A DNA stretch of 64,000 bases from an uncultured Candidatus Saccharibacteria bacterium (GCA_963533325.1 CAUSOC010000003.1:2305-66304), one strand, 5' to 3'. Shown: positions 21,399 to 32,159, counted from the first letter of the stretch. Made by a program: numbers and translations. The notes: generated by a model from the letters alone, not told the origin.

Positions 21399-22910
21399 TT
21401 ATTTACCTTGAGTCTCTACTTTTGGCGCCCGCGGATCAGCTGTGTGCAAATATTTACGCGGGAACAGTGGCGTTAATTGTGACGGGACAACACCGCTAGC
21501 GAACATCTCGTGAATTTTCTCGGCGGTCTGCGGCATAAATGGTCGTAGCATATCAGACACTTGCAGCAACGTACCACAAGCATACGCTAAAATCTCGCCT
21601 AAGTGTGCTTCCGCTTCTGGGTCCTTAGCGCGCTTTTTGGCAACCTGCCACGGCTGGACACGCTCAATGTATTGATTGAGCGCACGGATAATTTGCCAAA
21701 TTTCATCCATGGCCTGATTGAAAGCAAAGCTCTCCATGAAGTGGCGGTATGGGCCCATGTCGTGTTCAGCCTGCGGCGCATCGCCGATAACGCCGGCTTG
21801 GTATGACTGCACCATCTTGGCCACGCGCTGCACCAAATTACCCAGGTCATTACCCAGTTCGCCGTTATAGGCCGCTTCAAATTTCTCCCACGTAAAGTCG
21901 CCGTCATCCTGAGTTGGCACGTGACGCAGGAAATAATAGCGAAAGGCCTCGACACCGTAGTGCGGGATGATATCAGCTGGACCGACACCATTACCGAGGC
22001 TCTTACTCATCTTGGCGCCGCCAACGTTGATGAATCCGTGCACCAATAAAACTTTCGGCAGCGGTAAATCCAGCGCCATCAGCATCGCCGGCCAAATCCC
22101 AGCGTGGAAGCGAAGGATATCCTTGCCAATCACCTGCACATTTGCTGGCCAATAGCTCTGCCATTCTTCTGGGCGGTCAGGATAGCCGATGACCGTGATG
22201 TAATTACTCAGCGCATCCAACCAGACATACATCACCTGCGTGTCATCGCCTGGCACTGGCACGCCCCAGCTCAAATTCTTTCGCGGACGCGAAATTGACA
22301 CGTCTTTCAGGCCATCTTTCATCAATTCCAAAAACTCTTTTTTGCGAAATTCAGGCACAATTTTCATTTTGCCCGACTCAATGGATTGGCGAATGTTCTC
22401 CGAAAAAGCACTGGTTTTGAAATAATAATTTTCTTCGCTCAGTCGCTGGTACGGCGCTTGGTGGTCAGGACAAATGCCATTATTTTCAGCTGCTTCTTTG
22501 TCGGTGACGAATGCCTCACAACCTTGGCAGTACCAGCCCTCGTATGTGCTTTTGTAGATGTAGCCAGCCGCAGCCAGCTTCTGCCAAATATACTGCACCG
22601 CACTAACATGATGCGGGTCAGTCGTGCGGATAAAATCTGTCGCCGAAATATTCAGCTCAGCGATCATGTTCTGGAAATTGCCGTGCATTTGGTCAACATA
22701 GGCCTGCGGTGTTTGGTTTTGACTGGCAGCTTTGGCAGCAATTTTATTGCCATGTTCATCCACCCCTGTCTGAAAACGCACCTCACGGCCATTTTGTCGC
22801 TGATATCGCGCCCATACATCCGCCAGCATATAATCCATGGCGTGCCCGATGTGTGGCAAACCGTTGACATAAGGAATAGCAGTAGTGATGTAGGCGTGTT
22901 GTTTAGTCAT
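21399..22910 (-). CDS. metG: Methionine--tRNA ligase
   Basis: PHIGH, YVWLDAL, GKDILRFH, KMSKS; start MTKQH. Confidence 0.97.
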   Translation of the reverse strand: MTKQHAYITTAIPYVNGLPHIGHAMDYMLADVWARYQRQNGREVRFQTGVDEHGNKIAAKAASQNQTPQAYVDQMHGNFQNMIAELNISATDFIRTTDPHHVSAVQYIWQKLAAAGYIYKSTYEGWYCQGCEAFVTDKEAAENNGICPDHQAPYQRLSEENYYFKTSAFSENIRQSIESGKMKIVPEFRKKEFLELMKDGLKDVSISRPRKNLSWGVPVPGDDTQVMYVWLDALSNYITVIGYPDRPEEWQSYWPANVQVIGKDILRFHAGIWPAMLMALDLPLPKVLLVHGFINVGGAKMSKSLGNGVGPADIIPHYGVEAFRYYFLRHVPTQDDGDFTWEKFEAAYNGELGNDLGNLVQRVAKMVQSYQAGVIGDAPQAEHDMGPYRHFMESFAFNQAMDEIWQIIRALNQYIERVQPWQVAKKRAKDPEAEAHLGEILAYACGTLLQVSDMLRPFMPQTAEKIHEMFASGVVPSQLTPLFPRKYLHTADPRAPKVETQGK

Positions 22911-22967
22911 GCTACTCATTGTATCATTATCTGGAACAATTTTCACCGATATGCGTTCGCCGAGGGC

Positions 22968-23708
22968 TCATCCACGCATCATTGCTACCACTGCAATTCG
23001 CCCCGCCGTATCACCAGCTGAATGTGAAAAATAGTTCGGATCATCTGCCGTGTCGATTGGTGAGATGACAATATTATCGGCCGGAACGCCCACCTGGATG
23101 GCCAGCGAACAATTAAATCCTTGCATGTCCAGATAAATCCCGTCAGCTGTTTGACGATAGAAATTTTGCCAATTCGTATCATTTGTATGATCAAAATAAT
23201 CCATACGATAATTTTTCTGCGTGATGCTTGGCGACATCCAAATTTGCAAATCTTTTGCCTGGCTACCGCGCCTGGCAAAGTACTGAATCGCCCTTGTCAT
23301 CAACTGCGCAACCGTCGAATGCCGACCCAAATGCACCAGCATCAGCGCCCGACGCTTTGGGTCATAAATGACCGTAGCGATACAATCTGCCACTGGTAAA
23401 AACAAGCCGACGCCAGCCGCTTCGGTATAGAGTGCGTCAGCAAAAATGCCCTCGTTGTTGCGCTTGACCGTGTCAGTTTCAGTGACTTCGGCAATAGTAT
23501 CAAACGTTTGTACTTGATCATATGAAATCACGTGATAGACAGCGTCGTCATACTTAACACCAATCTGATCGCAAAACCGCCGCCGATTTTCCAGCACCTC
23601 AGCTACGTGGCGGCCGCGAATACGATTGAGCATAGTGCCGTCGTCTTTCGACGAAACCGCGACCAACAGGTCAGAAGGAAAACAAGTAGGCTGATCTGCC
23701 GCAATCAT
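22968..23708 (-). CDS. YfiH/PgeF (laccase-like) family protein
   Basis: ADALYT, PVADC, VHLGRH, YFSH motifs. Confidence 0.85.
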   Translation of the reverse strand: MIAADQPTCFPSDLLVAVSSKDDGTMLNRIRGRHVAEVLENRRRFCDQIGVKYDDAVYHVISYDQVQTFDTIAEVTETDTVKRNNEGIFADALYTEAAGVGLFLPVADCIATVIYDPKRRALMLVHLGRHSTVAQLMTRAIQYFARRGSQAKDLQIWMSPSITQKNYRMDYFDHTNDTNWQNFYRQTADGIYLDMQGFNCSLAIQVGVPADNIVISPIDTADDPNYFSHSAGDTAGRIAVVAMMRG

Positions 23709-24493
23709 TATGCCCGCCACGCTTTCAGTAGCCGCTGCCAATCATCAATCGCCAAATCTTCGGCACGAGCATCAGGTGAAATATCGGCTTTTTTTAGCAA
23801 CTGTTCAGCGATGTCTTTACTAACACCTAGTCCGCCGCTCAGACTAGAACGCAGTTTCTTACGCTTAGCCGAAAAACCAGCTTTGACGATGCGGAAAAAA
23901 TCTTTTTGGTCTTCAGTAGCAACGAGTGGTTCGGTGCGGGTTCTCAACACCACCACCTGTGAATCAACTTTTGGCGGCGGCGTGAAAAATTGCCGCGGCA
24001 CCTCAATATCGAGCTCCGCCTCGGCAAATATTTGCGCGCTAACCGCTAAAATACTCATTTCGCCAGGCTCCGCCGCGATGCGCCGGGCGACTTCTTTTTG
24101 CACCAATAACACCGCCAAACTCGGCTTATTTTCCGCCGTCATCAACTTTTCAACAATTTTACTGGTGATATAGTATGGCACATTGGCAACTACTTTATAG
24201 CCCTTCGGCAGCTGATTTAGATCAAATTGCAAAATATCTTCGTTAATCACGTCCAGGTTTTTACCAGGAAACTGCCCCGGCAATTTGCGCGCCAAATCCA
24301 CGTCAAATTCTACCGCCACCACGCGCCCGGCTCGCGCCAACAACCGGCTGGTCAACGTACCAAGCCCCGGCCCAATTTCCAACACCACATCACTCTTGCC
24401 AAGTTCCGCCGCCTCGGCGATCTCCGCCAAAATCTCCGGGTCACGCAGCCAATGCTGACCTAATTCTTTTTTCGGCCCACGAGTTGACGCCAT
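23708..24493 (-). CDS. rsmA: 16S rRNA m6,2A dimethyltransferase
   Basis: LGQHWL, LEIGPGLG, ANVPYYI, PPPKVDS. Confidence 0.97.
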   Translation of the reverse strand: MASTRGPKKELGQHWLRDPEILAEIAEAAELGKSDVVLEIGPGLGTLTSRLLARAGRVVAVEFDVDLARKLPGQFPGKNLDVINEDILQFDLNQLPKGYKVVANVPYYITSKIVEKLMTAENKPSLAVLLVQKEVARRIAAEPGEMSILAVSAQIFAEAELDIEVPRQFFTPPPKVDSQVVVLRTRTEPLVATEDQKDFFRIVKAGFSAKRKKLRSSLSGGLGVSKDIAEQLLKKADISPDARAEDLAIDDWQRLLKAWRA

Positions 24494-25195
24494 CTAGCGA
24501 CCATCTCCGTTTGTCCAATCAGTCGCCAGGTCAAATCCATGTGGATGCCGAGCCGCAAAACTGCCAGTATCATACACTTTGCCAGGCCCCATGCTGGTTT
24601 CCACCACCGAACAGCGCGGATAGTTACCATAATTTGCCGCTACTAAAATATAGCCATCTTTATCCACCTTGGCACCGTCCGCCCGCACCGTATAACCACC
24701 GACGCCGCAAGCATTGATGGCAACATTCATCGGTAGGTCGTAGTAGGTTTCGCGGTGCGATATGCCTTTGGAGTCGGTAAACTGCTGGGCGCTTTTGGCT
24801 TTGGTCAAGGCATTCGGTAGCCTAGCACCAACAATCTCTATCTGCGCCACAGGTTGATTGGTAATTTGTTCAGCAACTTTATTTTTCGCAACTTCCGTGC
24901 CGTCACCCTTCACCTTCACGCTATGCGTCACTTGCTTAGAACCGACAGCACCCGCCTGCTTCACCTGCTTAAAACCAACGGTGTGTGCGTAGCTTTTTGC
25001 TGACTGTACCTCAAACTGAACTGGCTCTTCGGTGATGACAGTATACTCGTGAATTGCTTCTCTTTCTGTAGCTTGGGCGAATTTTCTCTGGACTGACGAT
25101 ACCGCCAGAACGACAGTCAACGCTGTTGCAGCCATCAGCCCTGTTATCATCACTGCTACTTTTGGAGTTTTTAGTAAAAACCAATACCGCTTCAT
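24494..25195 (-). CDS. Secreted G5-domain protein with a 3D/MltA-like C-terminal domain
   Basis: N-terminal TM; G5-like VKQAGAVGSK..QPVAQIEIVG; C-terminal ETYYD..VYDTG..FDLATDW. Confidence 0.6.
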   Translation of the reverse strand: MKRYWFLLKTPKVAVMITGLMAATALTVVLAVSSVQRKFAQATEREAIHEYTVITEEPVQFEVQSAKSYAHTVGFKQVKQAGAVGSKQVTHSVKVKGDGTEVAKNKVAEQITNQPVAQIEIVGARLPNALTKAKSAQQFTDSKGISHRETYYDLPMNVAINACGVGGYTVRADGAKVDKDGYILVAANYGNYPRCSVVETSMGPGKVYDTGSFAARHPHGFDLATDWTNGDGR

Positions 25196-25219
25196 GTATC
25201 TCCTACAGATTACCTGATA

Positions 25220-26404
25220 TTACCGGTAGATGTCTTGTAGACCCATCCTTACCTTACAGCTTGGCCATGGCTGCCAGCCACGAGCTTTGTATGTCTGCCA
25301 TGCTTTCTCGTCTTGCACTGATGGTGGAGCGTCAGAAGCTACCGAATAACCACCAAAGCCTCCCCAGGTGCGCTTGTCAAACTGATACGCGCCATAATAA
25401 CCGTTTCCGGTGTTTGATGTATAACCTCCTTCACAACTTCTCAACCGTGCCAAGGCCTCAGAAAAACTACCAGAGAAGGTGTTAGCACTCTTAGCGCCCA
25501 CTAGCTCAACGCGCTTTTTTGGCTCAACAGTCGTAACACTGGCGATGATACGGCGTGAAATTTCCTGACCATTTCTCATCTCAATTTCATAGGTAACGTT
25601 CTTTTTACCCGGTGCGCCAGCTTCTTTGACCTGTTTGAAGCCAGTCTCTCGGTTGGCATCTTTAACCTGCTCAACAGGGACGGCAATTTCTTCCTCAACA
25701 GTAACCGTCTGCTTGCCATTACGCCAGACACTGAAGTGCATACCAGCAGTGATAGGTGTTGATTCAGGAACAGACATGCCGTCATCTTTACCGAGCGTTA
25801 TGTTTTTCTCACGCAACAATTCTCCGACCGTATGAGCCATCGTCCTGACCTCAGTGGTTTTGCCATAAAGCGTCAGTTGTAATGGTGTAGCTCGGTGAAT
25901 TTTCAAAATAACATCAGCACCATCCAGTAAAAAGTCGCTCGGCGGTTCAATGGTTGTCTTATCTTCAGGGTAAATAGTCACACCTGCGGCTTGTGCTATC
26001 AACGGTGTCGTCTGCTGGGCGGTCACCACACGAACTCGGTGCGTACCATCCGCCACTGTTACTGGTCGCGCACGATAGACGTTGACATTATATTTCGTAG
26101 ACACCAGCTGGGTATCAAGGCTCGGCTCAACGACATCATGCTTTTCATCAATCGAGACATCAGCCGCCTTCAAGGCCTCTTTGACCGTCCCGACAGTGGT
26201 GACGATGGATCGTTCCTGACCCCGATCATGAATAGTTACTACCTTTTCGCCATTTGGAGCAGCTGTTGTTGACTCATTGACCTGTTCTCGGGCCAGAGCA
26301 TTGTCAACTAACTTCACGCTCGCAATCCCAAAGATAGCAATCGCTACGACTATCATTATTCGCGCTGTACTGTGGTGAATTTTCAGTCCAAATTTCATAC
26401 TCAT
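25220..26404 (-). CDS. RpfB-like protein (three DUF348 repeats + G5 + Rpf transglycosylase domain)
   Basis: TVKEALKAA and TVGELL repeats, G5 domain, LRSCEGG..NTGNGYYGAYQF..TW..GWQPWPSC; lies upstream of rsmA like actinobacterial rpfB. Confidence 0.88.
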   Translation of the reverse strand: MSMKFGLKIHHSTARIMIVVAIAIFGIASVKLVDNALAREQVNESTTAAPNGEKVVTIHDRGQERSIVTTVGTVKEALKAADVSIDEKHDVVEPSLDTQLVSTKYNVNVYRARPVTVADGTHRVRVVTAQQTTPLIAQAAGVTIYPEDKTTIEPPSDFLLDGADVILKIHRATPLQLTLYGKTTEVRTMAHTVGELLREKNITLGKDDGMSVPESTPITAGMHFSVWRNGKQTVTVEEEIAVPVEQVKDANRETGFKQVKEAGAPGKKNVTYEIEMRNGQEISRRIIASVTTVEPKKRVELVGAKSANTFSGSFSEALARLRSCEGGYTSNTGNGYYGAYQFDKRTWGGFGGYSVASDAPPSVQDEKAWQTYKARGWQPWPSCKVRMGLQDIYR

Positions 26405-26456
26405 AGCGAAAAACGCTCTATTCATTATAGCAGAACTCGCTCATATTGGCAACCGA

Positions 26457-28562
26457 CTAGCACTTTTCTAATCGAGCAAACTCAACATTCAACTTCTTGG
26501 TTTTACCGTTTTCAAAAGCTACTACCACTGCTAAACCATCGACTTCTATGACCTCGCCGACGCCAAATTGCGGACTGCGCACCCTATCGCCGACATCCAG
26601 ACCGATTTCATCACTGTAAAATTCAGCCTCTGGCACAAAGCTTGGCAAAGCAGGTTTGTCCAATCCACCACTCAGAATTCCCATCTCATCCAAAAAGCGC
26701 GATGGCAGATTGTAGGCTATTTGTCCAAATTGCGTTCTGGAACTAGCACAGGTGATGAATAATTCTTGGCGAGCACGAGTGATGCCGACATAACAAAGTC
26801 GCCGCTCTTCTTCGACGTCCTCAGCTTTACCGCCGTCGAACACGCGGGAGTGCGGTAATATCCCTTCCTCCAGGCCAGTCAGAAATACCACCGGAAATTC
26901 CAAACCTTTCGCGGCGTGCAGTGTCATCAGGGTGATTTGCTCTTGTGCTTGATCATCGCTAGCAGACATCAATGCCATTTCCTCCAGGAACGTCGGCACA
27001 TCAACATAGGCTTTGGCTTCGGCCACCAGAACGCCCAGGTTTTCCATTCTCTCTTCTGATTGGACACTGCCGTCATTGATAAACATGCCATACCCTGTTT
27101 GATCAATAATTTTTTCAATCACGTCAGCTGGCGCCTCGTCAATCGACTTTTGTAAATCACTGAGCAACACCCCGAGCTCATGCAGTGAATGCTTGGCACG
27201 TGGCGTCAGCCCCTGCGCCTCGTTCACCGCCAACAGCCCGTCAACGATAGGCGTCCCTTGCTCATCATTCCACGCCAAAAATTTAGCCACGCTCACCGCG
27301 CCAATACCTCGTTTTGGCACGTTGACAATGCGTGAAAAACCCATCCTGTCGCTCGGCTGATAGAGCAGCCGCAAATATGCCAAGACATCTTTGACAACCG
27401 CTCGGTCCAAAAATCGCAATCCGCCCACAATTTTGTACGGCAAATAGTTTTGGCGCAGCGCCCGTTCAATTGCGTAACTTTGGGCATTGGTCCGATACAA
27501 CACAGCGATGTCATCTGGTGAGCGTCCGATACTCAATTGACGACGAATCTCATTGGCAATCACCTGAGCTTCTTCGGCTTCAGAGTACAGCTGCCACAGC
27601 TGCGGCTCCGCACCATCGCCACTGTTAGTCCATAGATTTTTGTCAGTCCGATTGACGTTATGTTGGATGAGACTATTTGCCAAATGCAAAATTGAGCCAG
27701 TCGAACGGTAATTTTGTTCCAGTTTGATGACTACTGCCCCAGGAAAGTCTCGTTCAAAATTGAGAATATTGGTATAGTCAGCGCCACGAAAACTATAGAT
27801 CGATTGCGCATCATCACCAACCACTGACAAATTGCGCTCCGGCCCAACCAATAATTTAATCAACGTGTATTGCACGGTGTTGGTGTCTTGATACTCGTCG
27901 ATCAGAATGTGCTGAAATTGCTGCTGCCATTTTTGGCGAATGTCAGGATGCGTCTTGAACAATTCAACAACCTTCAGTAGTAAGTCATCAAAATCAAGGG
28001 CCGCCGCCTGACGAAGTGCCTTCTCGTATGCCTGAAATAGCGCAGCGATGCGCTGCTGCACAGGGCTTGATGCTGACGCCGCATACGCCTCCGGATCTAT
28101 CATGTCATTTTTAGCGTGAGAGATGGCAGCCAGCACCGAACGCGGCTTAATGTCACGGTCGGTCAGACCTTGCGCCTTCATGATTTGCTTGATCAAGCTC
28201 AATTGGTCATCTGTGTCATAGATCACAAATCGTTTATCCAGCCCTAGAGCCATCCCATCCATGCGTAATATACGTACACAGATGCTGTGAAATGTCCCCA
28301 TCCACGGCATAAACCGACGATCATCTGGATTTTCGTGCAGCAACACGGCTAACCGCTGTCTCATCTCTTTGGCAGCCTTGTTCGTAAACGTCACTGCCAA
28401 AATATGACTCGGCCAAATATTCTTCTGTGACACCAAGTAGGCTATTCGGTGCGTCAGCGTCTTCGTTTTGCCACTACCAGCACCAGCCAAAATCAACAAT
28501 GGTCCAGATTCATGTTTAACTGCCCGGAGTTGCTCTGGATTCAGTTCCGTCAATATATCCAT
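26457..28562 (-). CDS. pcrA: UvrD/PcrA DNA helicase
   Basis: AGAGSGKT, IDEYQD, GDDAQSIY, QNYRS, HAAKGLEF, EERRLCYVG. Confidence 0.96.
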   Translation of the reverse strand: MDILTELNPEQLRAVKHESGPLLILAGAGSGKTKTLTHRIAYLVSQKNIWPSHILAVTFTNKAAKEMRQRLAVLLHENPDDRRFMPWMGTFHSICVRILRMDGMALGLDKRFVIYDTDDQLSLIKQIMKAQGLTDRDIKPRSVLAAISHAKNDMIDPEAYAASASSPVQQRIAALFQAYEKALRQAAALDFDDLLLKVVELFKTHPDIRQKWQQQFQHILIDEYQDTNTVQYTLIKLLVGPERNLSVVGDDAQSIYSFRGADYTNILNFERDFPGAVVIKLEQNYRSTGSILHLANSLIQHNVNRTDKNLWTNSGDGAEPQLWQLYSEAEEAQVIANEIRRQLSIGRSPDDIAVLYRTNAQSYAIERALRQNYLPYKIVGGLRFLDRAVVKDVLAYLRLLYQPSDRMGFSRIVNVPKRGIGAVSVAKFLAWNDEQGTPIVDGLLAVNEAQGLTPRAKHSLHELGVLLSDLQKSIDEAPADVIEKIIDQTGYGMFINDGSVQSEERMENLGVLVAEAKAYVDVPTFLEEMALMSASDDQAQEQITLMTLHAAKGLEFPVVFLTGLEEGILPHSRVFDGGKAEDVEEERRLCYVGITRARQELFITCASSRTQFGQIAYNLPSRFLDEMGILSGGLDKPALPSFVPEAEFYSDEIGLDVGDRVRSPQFGVGEVIEVDGLAVVVAFENGKTKKLNVEFARLEKC

Positions 28563-28566
28563 TGTA

Positions 28567-30129
28567 CTATTGTACCAGCAAGAAGTAATATGCGGCAGCT
28601 CCGCCACCCGCACCCAGCAGCAACAAGATCAAAATGACGATAAAGCTCATCACTCCAGATGGTTTCTTCTCTTCAATAGGCTGTGGTTGAGCTGCAGCCG
28701 CTTCAAACATTGGAGCAGGCTCTGGTGTTAATGACTCCGCTGGCTCATTTGCGTTCATTGCCACTGCTGCCTGTTGATTAAACACTGGTGTTGGCTGAGA
28801 AGCACTCTCACTGTCTCCATCCGCCGCAGGCTGACCATTCTCTACATTATCCTCTTCAGGCATGTCCGTCTCAGCAGTGCTAGGTTCATTGGTCAATGAG
28901 TCTAGCTCAGCAACCGTAGCGGCCACTTCTGGTGTTTGCTCTTCTTCAGAGGCGTCAGCATCGCCGTCAGCCAATTCGCTCTTAATCCCCATCTCCAGAG
29001 CCATGAGCTCTCGATCGAGGTCAGAATTCATGCCAACTGACTCTTCAGCTGCTACCTCTGAGCTTGGCTCAAGGCTCAGCCGTGGTTTACCGCCAAGATC
29101 ATTTTTCTCTGGCGCTGGCTGTGCATCATCCGTCGCTTCAGTGCCCATCAAGTCTGGGCTCACCATGGAGACTTCGCTATTTTCATCAGAAGCATTACCG
29201 GCACCATATGAACCCAATGGACGCTTTTCGATAGTCGCACTCGCGTTGCTCACAAACGGTGAAGCCAACGATGACGAGGCTGGCTGCTCTGCCGCTGTTT
29301 CGCCAAAGCTTGATGTATCTGCCGACTGGTCGGTTGATGACAATGATTGAGAAATAGTATTCGCTAACTCTGTGGTGTCTAAGGTCGGCGCTGCCGCCTC
29401 AGTTGGCGTGTTGCTTGATACTGACTCGTGACCGCCAGACATATCCATGCGTGGTGCCCGCACTGGATTTACCATTGGATCAGCCACCACTGTGTTGGTG
29501 CGAACTGCCGATGCTGGGCGCGTGCTCATGGCAGCTGTACTCACTGACGATGGCGCTACCACGTCCATGACACGACCCGTGTGCCGTGGAGTGACTGGTG
29601 GAACAAACACTGGTTTCTCCGTCTTGTCTTCAGCTTCGGGCGCTGGGGTTTCATCAACAGCCTGATCTGTCACAGCTGCCTCTGATGGCTCCGACTGAGC
29701 TGGCTCTTCTACGACAGACTCTGACTGAGCGCCGGTAGCTTCAGAACTGTGAGTAGCTTCTGATTCAGGCGTGATCTCAGGCTTCACTTCAGGCACAACC
29801 TCAGGCTTTGCTTCAGGCGCAATGAAAACGTGGCTAAATGTTGACGCTGGCGCCGTCGGTTCTTCAGCTGACGCTGGCTCTTTGGGTTCATCACTCTCAG
29901 ATATAGGTTTAATCTCAGTTTTCTCAACCTCAGCCGTAGGAGCAGCATCAGCCGCCTGGCTGTCAGCTACCGAAGCTGTTTCAGGTTTTTTATCATCAGC
30001 CACGGAAGCTATTTCGGTCTTTTTGTCATCAGCCGCTGGACTATCTGAAGCACGGTCGCTGTCCTGCTGGCGCTGATTCATCAGTGAATTCACCGCCCTG
30101 TCCAGTTCCTCAAAGTCAATATCTGTCAT
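28567..30129 (-). CDS. Acidic low-complexity protein with a C-terminal TM anchor
   Basis: 520 aa, A/S/E/P/T-rich, single hydrophobic helix at the extreme C-terminus; start overlaps the tpiA stop. Confidence 0.8.
   Translation of the reverse strand: MTDIDFEELDRAVNSLMNQRQQDSDRASDSPAADDKKTEIASVADDKKPETASVADSQAADAAPTAEVEKTEIKPISESDEPKEPASAEEPTAPASTFSHVFIAPEAKPEVVPEVKPEITPESEATHSSEATGAQSESVVEEPAQSEPSEAAVTDQAVDETPAPEAEDKTEKPVFVPPVTPRHTGRVMDVVAPSSVSTAAMSTRPASAVRTNTVVADPMVNPVRAPRMDMSGGHESVSSNTPTEAAAPTLDTTELANTISQSLSSTDQSADTSSFGETAAEQPASSSLASPFVSNASATIEKRPLGSYGAGNASDENSEVSMVSPDLMGTEATDDAQPAPEKNDLGGKPRLSLEPSSEVAAEESVGMNSDLDRELMALEMGIKSELADGDADASEEEQTPEVAATVAELDSLTNEPSTAETDMPEEDNVENGQPAADGDSESASQPTPVFNQQAAVAMNANEPAESLTPEPAPMFEAAAAQPQPIEEKKPSGVMSFIVILILLLLGAGGGAAAYYFLLVQ
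29968..30033. repeat. Two 33-bp in-frame tandem repeat units
   Basis: Encodes ADDKKTEIASV / ADDKKPETASV. Confidence 0.75.
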
Positions 30130-30899
30130 TTCCCCTCCCGATTGCTGTTATGTGCTTTTTCTATAATATCGATAAATTGATAGGCGTCCAAACTAGCACC
30201 ACCGATCAACAAACCATCGATTCCATCAATACGCAAATAATCACTTGCCTTTTCAACCGTTATACTACCGCCGTACAAGATTCTCACCTCAGTTGCAGCT
30301 TTTTTGCCAAATAGCTGCTGTATCTGACGACGAATCGTTTTAATGGCTCGTCGCACATCAGCTGGGTTGGCACTTTCTCCAGTACCAATTGCCCAAACTG
30401 GCTCATAGGCGATCACGATGCGGTCAAACTCATCAGCTGTCACATTCGCCAAACCGCTCAGCAGTTGATCGTGCAGCGCATCAGCTGTCTCACCAAGGGT
30501 TTTTTCTTGTAGCGTTTCGCCGATACACAGGATTGGTTGCAAATGATTACGCAGCGCGGCTTGAACTTTCAATCTGATGTCGCGGTCACGCTCCTGGAAA
30601 ACATAGCGCCGCTCCGAATGTCCAACAATGACGTAGTCGACCAGCCCGCGCAGATGAGCCGCTGGCACTTCGCCAGTATAATTACCATAGTCACGCCAAT
30701 AGCAGTTCTGAGCCGCCAGTTTGATGAGTCGGCGATTCACTTGCAGACTTAGGCTCTGAAGCGTCAAAATCGTTGGCGCGACTACCGTTTCTACATCACG
30801 ATGCGACGAAATCATCTTCATCAACTTATGCAGATAAAGACTTGCTTCTTGCATAGCTAGGTGCATTTTCCAGTTGCCAACGATTAACTTTTTGCCCAT
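30126..30899 (-). CDS. tpiA: Triosephosphate isomerase
   Basis: GNWKM, VGHSERR, AYEPVWAIGTG, LYGGS, LIGGASL. Confidence 0.98.
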   Translation of the reverse strand: MGKKLIVGNWKMHLAMQEASLYLHKLMKMISSHRDVETVVAPTILTLQSLSLQVNRRLIKLAAQNCYWRDYGNYTGEVPAAHLRGLVDYVIVGHSERRYVFQERDRDIRLKVQAALRNHLQPILCIGETLQEKTLGETADALHDQLLSGLANVTADEFDRIVIAYEPVWAIGTGESANPADVRRAIKTIRRQIQQLFGKKAATEVRILYGGSITVEKASDYLRIDGIDGLLIGGASLDAYQFIDIIEKAHNSNREGK

Positions 30900-30917
30900 A
30901 TATTCCCCTTATGCTTT

Positions 30918-32159
30918 TTAGTGTACCACTCCAAGCCCATATGCGTCTAGTAAACTCTCGATTCCTGGCAGTTTTTTTCCAGCCATCAGCGCCAAACTAG
31001 CTCCACCACCTGTGGAAACATGGCTAAACGCTGCGCCGTCATGACCATCCCATTTCAATACAAAGTCAGCTGTATCACCGCCACCGACTACTGAAAGCGC
31101 CTGCTTGTTTTGGGCAATCGCTAAACTGAGACGAGCAGAACCAATGGCAAAGGTCGATTTCTCAGCAAAACCAACTGGACCATTCCAGATGATCGTTCCC
31201 GCGTGTGCTAGCACTGCAGTATAGCGTTCAATGGTTTGCATACCTATGTCGAGCGCCATGTCAGTGGCGCCAACATGCGTCACACTAACTTCACGCCGCT
31301 TTTGGCTATCAGGATGTTCAGCCACCGCAACATCGGTTGGCAGCAACAGAAATTCATCCACATGTTCACGGCCAACTTTTTGCTCCACCGCTTGATAAAT
31401 CTGATAGATGACATCGTGCTGACCTGGCTCAACGCGGCTCTTGCCCAGGCTCAATCCTTTATACTCCAAAAAGGTATTTGCCATAGCGCCGCCGATCAAG
31501 ATCTGATCAGCCTTGTCGATAAACTCATGAATCATGCCAATTTTGTCAGACACTTTGGCACCACCGACGATGGCAACTAGTGGTCGTTTAGGCTTAAGCA
31601 TAGCGTGAGTGATGGCGTTATATTCAGCACAAACTAAATCACCCGCTAGCCCAGGCATATACATGGTAATTTCATGCGTACTGGCGTGTTTTCGGTGAAC
31701 CACTGCAAAGCCGTCTTGCACAAAATAATCAGCTTGACTGGCCCGAGCAATTGAGCGCGCAAACTGCGTGTCGTCGGCTTCTTCTTCAGGATAAAACCGC
31801 AAATTTTCTAACAAAATGATTGCGCCAGAAGATCGCCGCACTGTTTGACGAACTTTATCGCCGACACAATCATCAACAAATTTCACTGGATACTGCAACA
31901 GTTCTGACAAGCGCACCGCAACTGGCGCTAGACTGTATTTTTCGTCTCGGCCTTGCGGACGGCCCAAGTGACTGATCAGCACAATCTTACAATGCTGCGA
32001 CAACAGATATCTTAACGTGGGCAAACTGGCACGAATTCGTAGATCATCAGAAATCTCACCATTTTCGAGCAACGGCACATTATAGTCAACCCGCACCAAC
32101 ACTGTTTTATGGCGCAAGTCGACGTCATGAATTGTCTGTTTGAAAAATCGTTTGCCCAC
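30918..32159 (-). CDS. pgk: Phosphoglycerate kinase
   Basis: RVDYNVP, SHLGRP, LENLRF, GGAKVSDK, STGGGASL. Confidence 0.98.
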   Translation of the reverse strand: MGKRFFKQTIHDVDLRHKTVLVRVDYNVPLLENGEISDDLRIRASLPTLRYLLSQHCKIVLISHLGRPQGRDEKYSLAPVAVRLSELLQYPVKFVDDCVGDKVRQTVRRSSGAIILLENLRFYPEEEADDTQFARSIARASQADYFVQDGFAVVHRKHASTHEITMYMPGLAGDLVCAEYNAITHAMLKPKRPLVAIVGGAKVSDKIGMIHEFIDKADQILIGGAMANTFLEYKGLSLGKSRVEPGQHDVIYQIYQAVEQKVGREHVDEFLLLPTDVAVAEHPDSQKRREVSVTHVGATDMALDIGMQTIERYTAVLAHAGTIIWNGPVGFAEKSTFAIGSARLSLAIAQNKQALSVVGGGDTADFVLKWDGHDGAAFSHVSTGGGASLALMAGKKLPGIESLLDAYGLGVVH

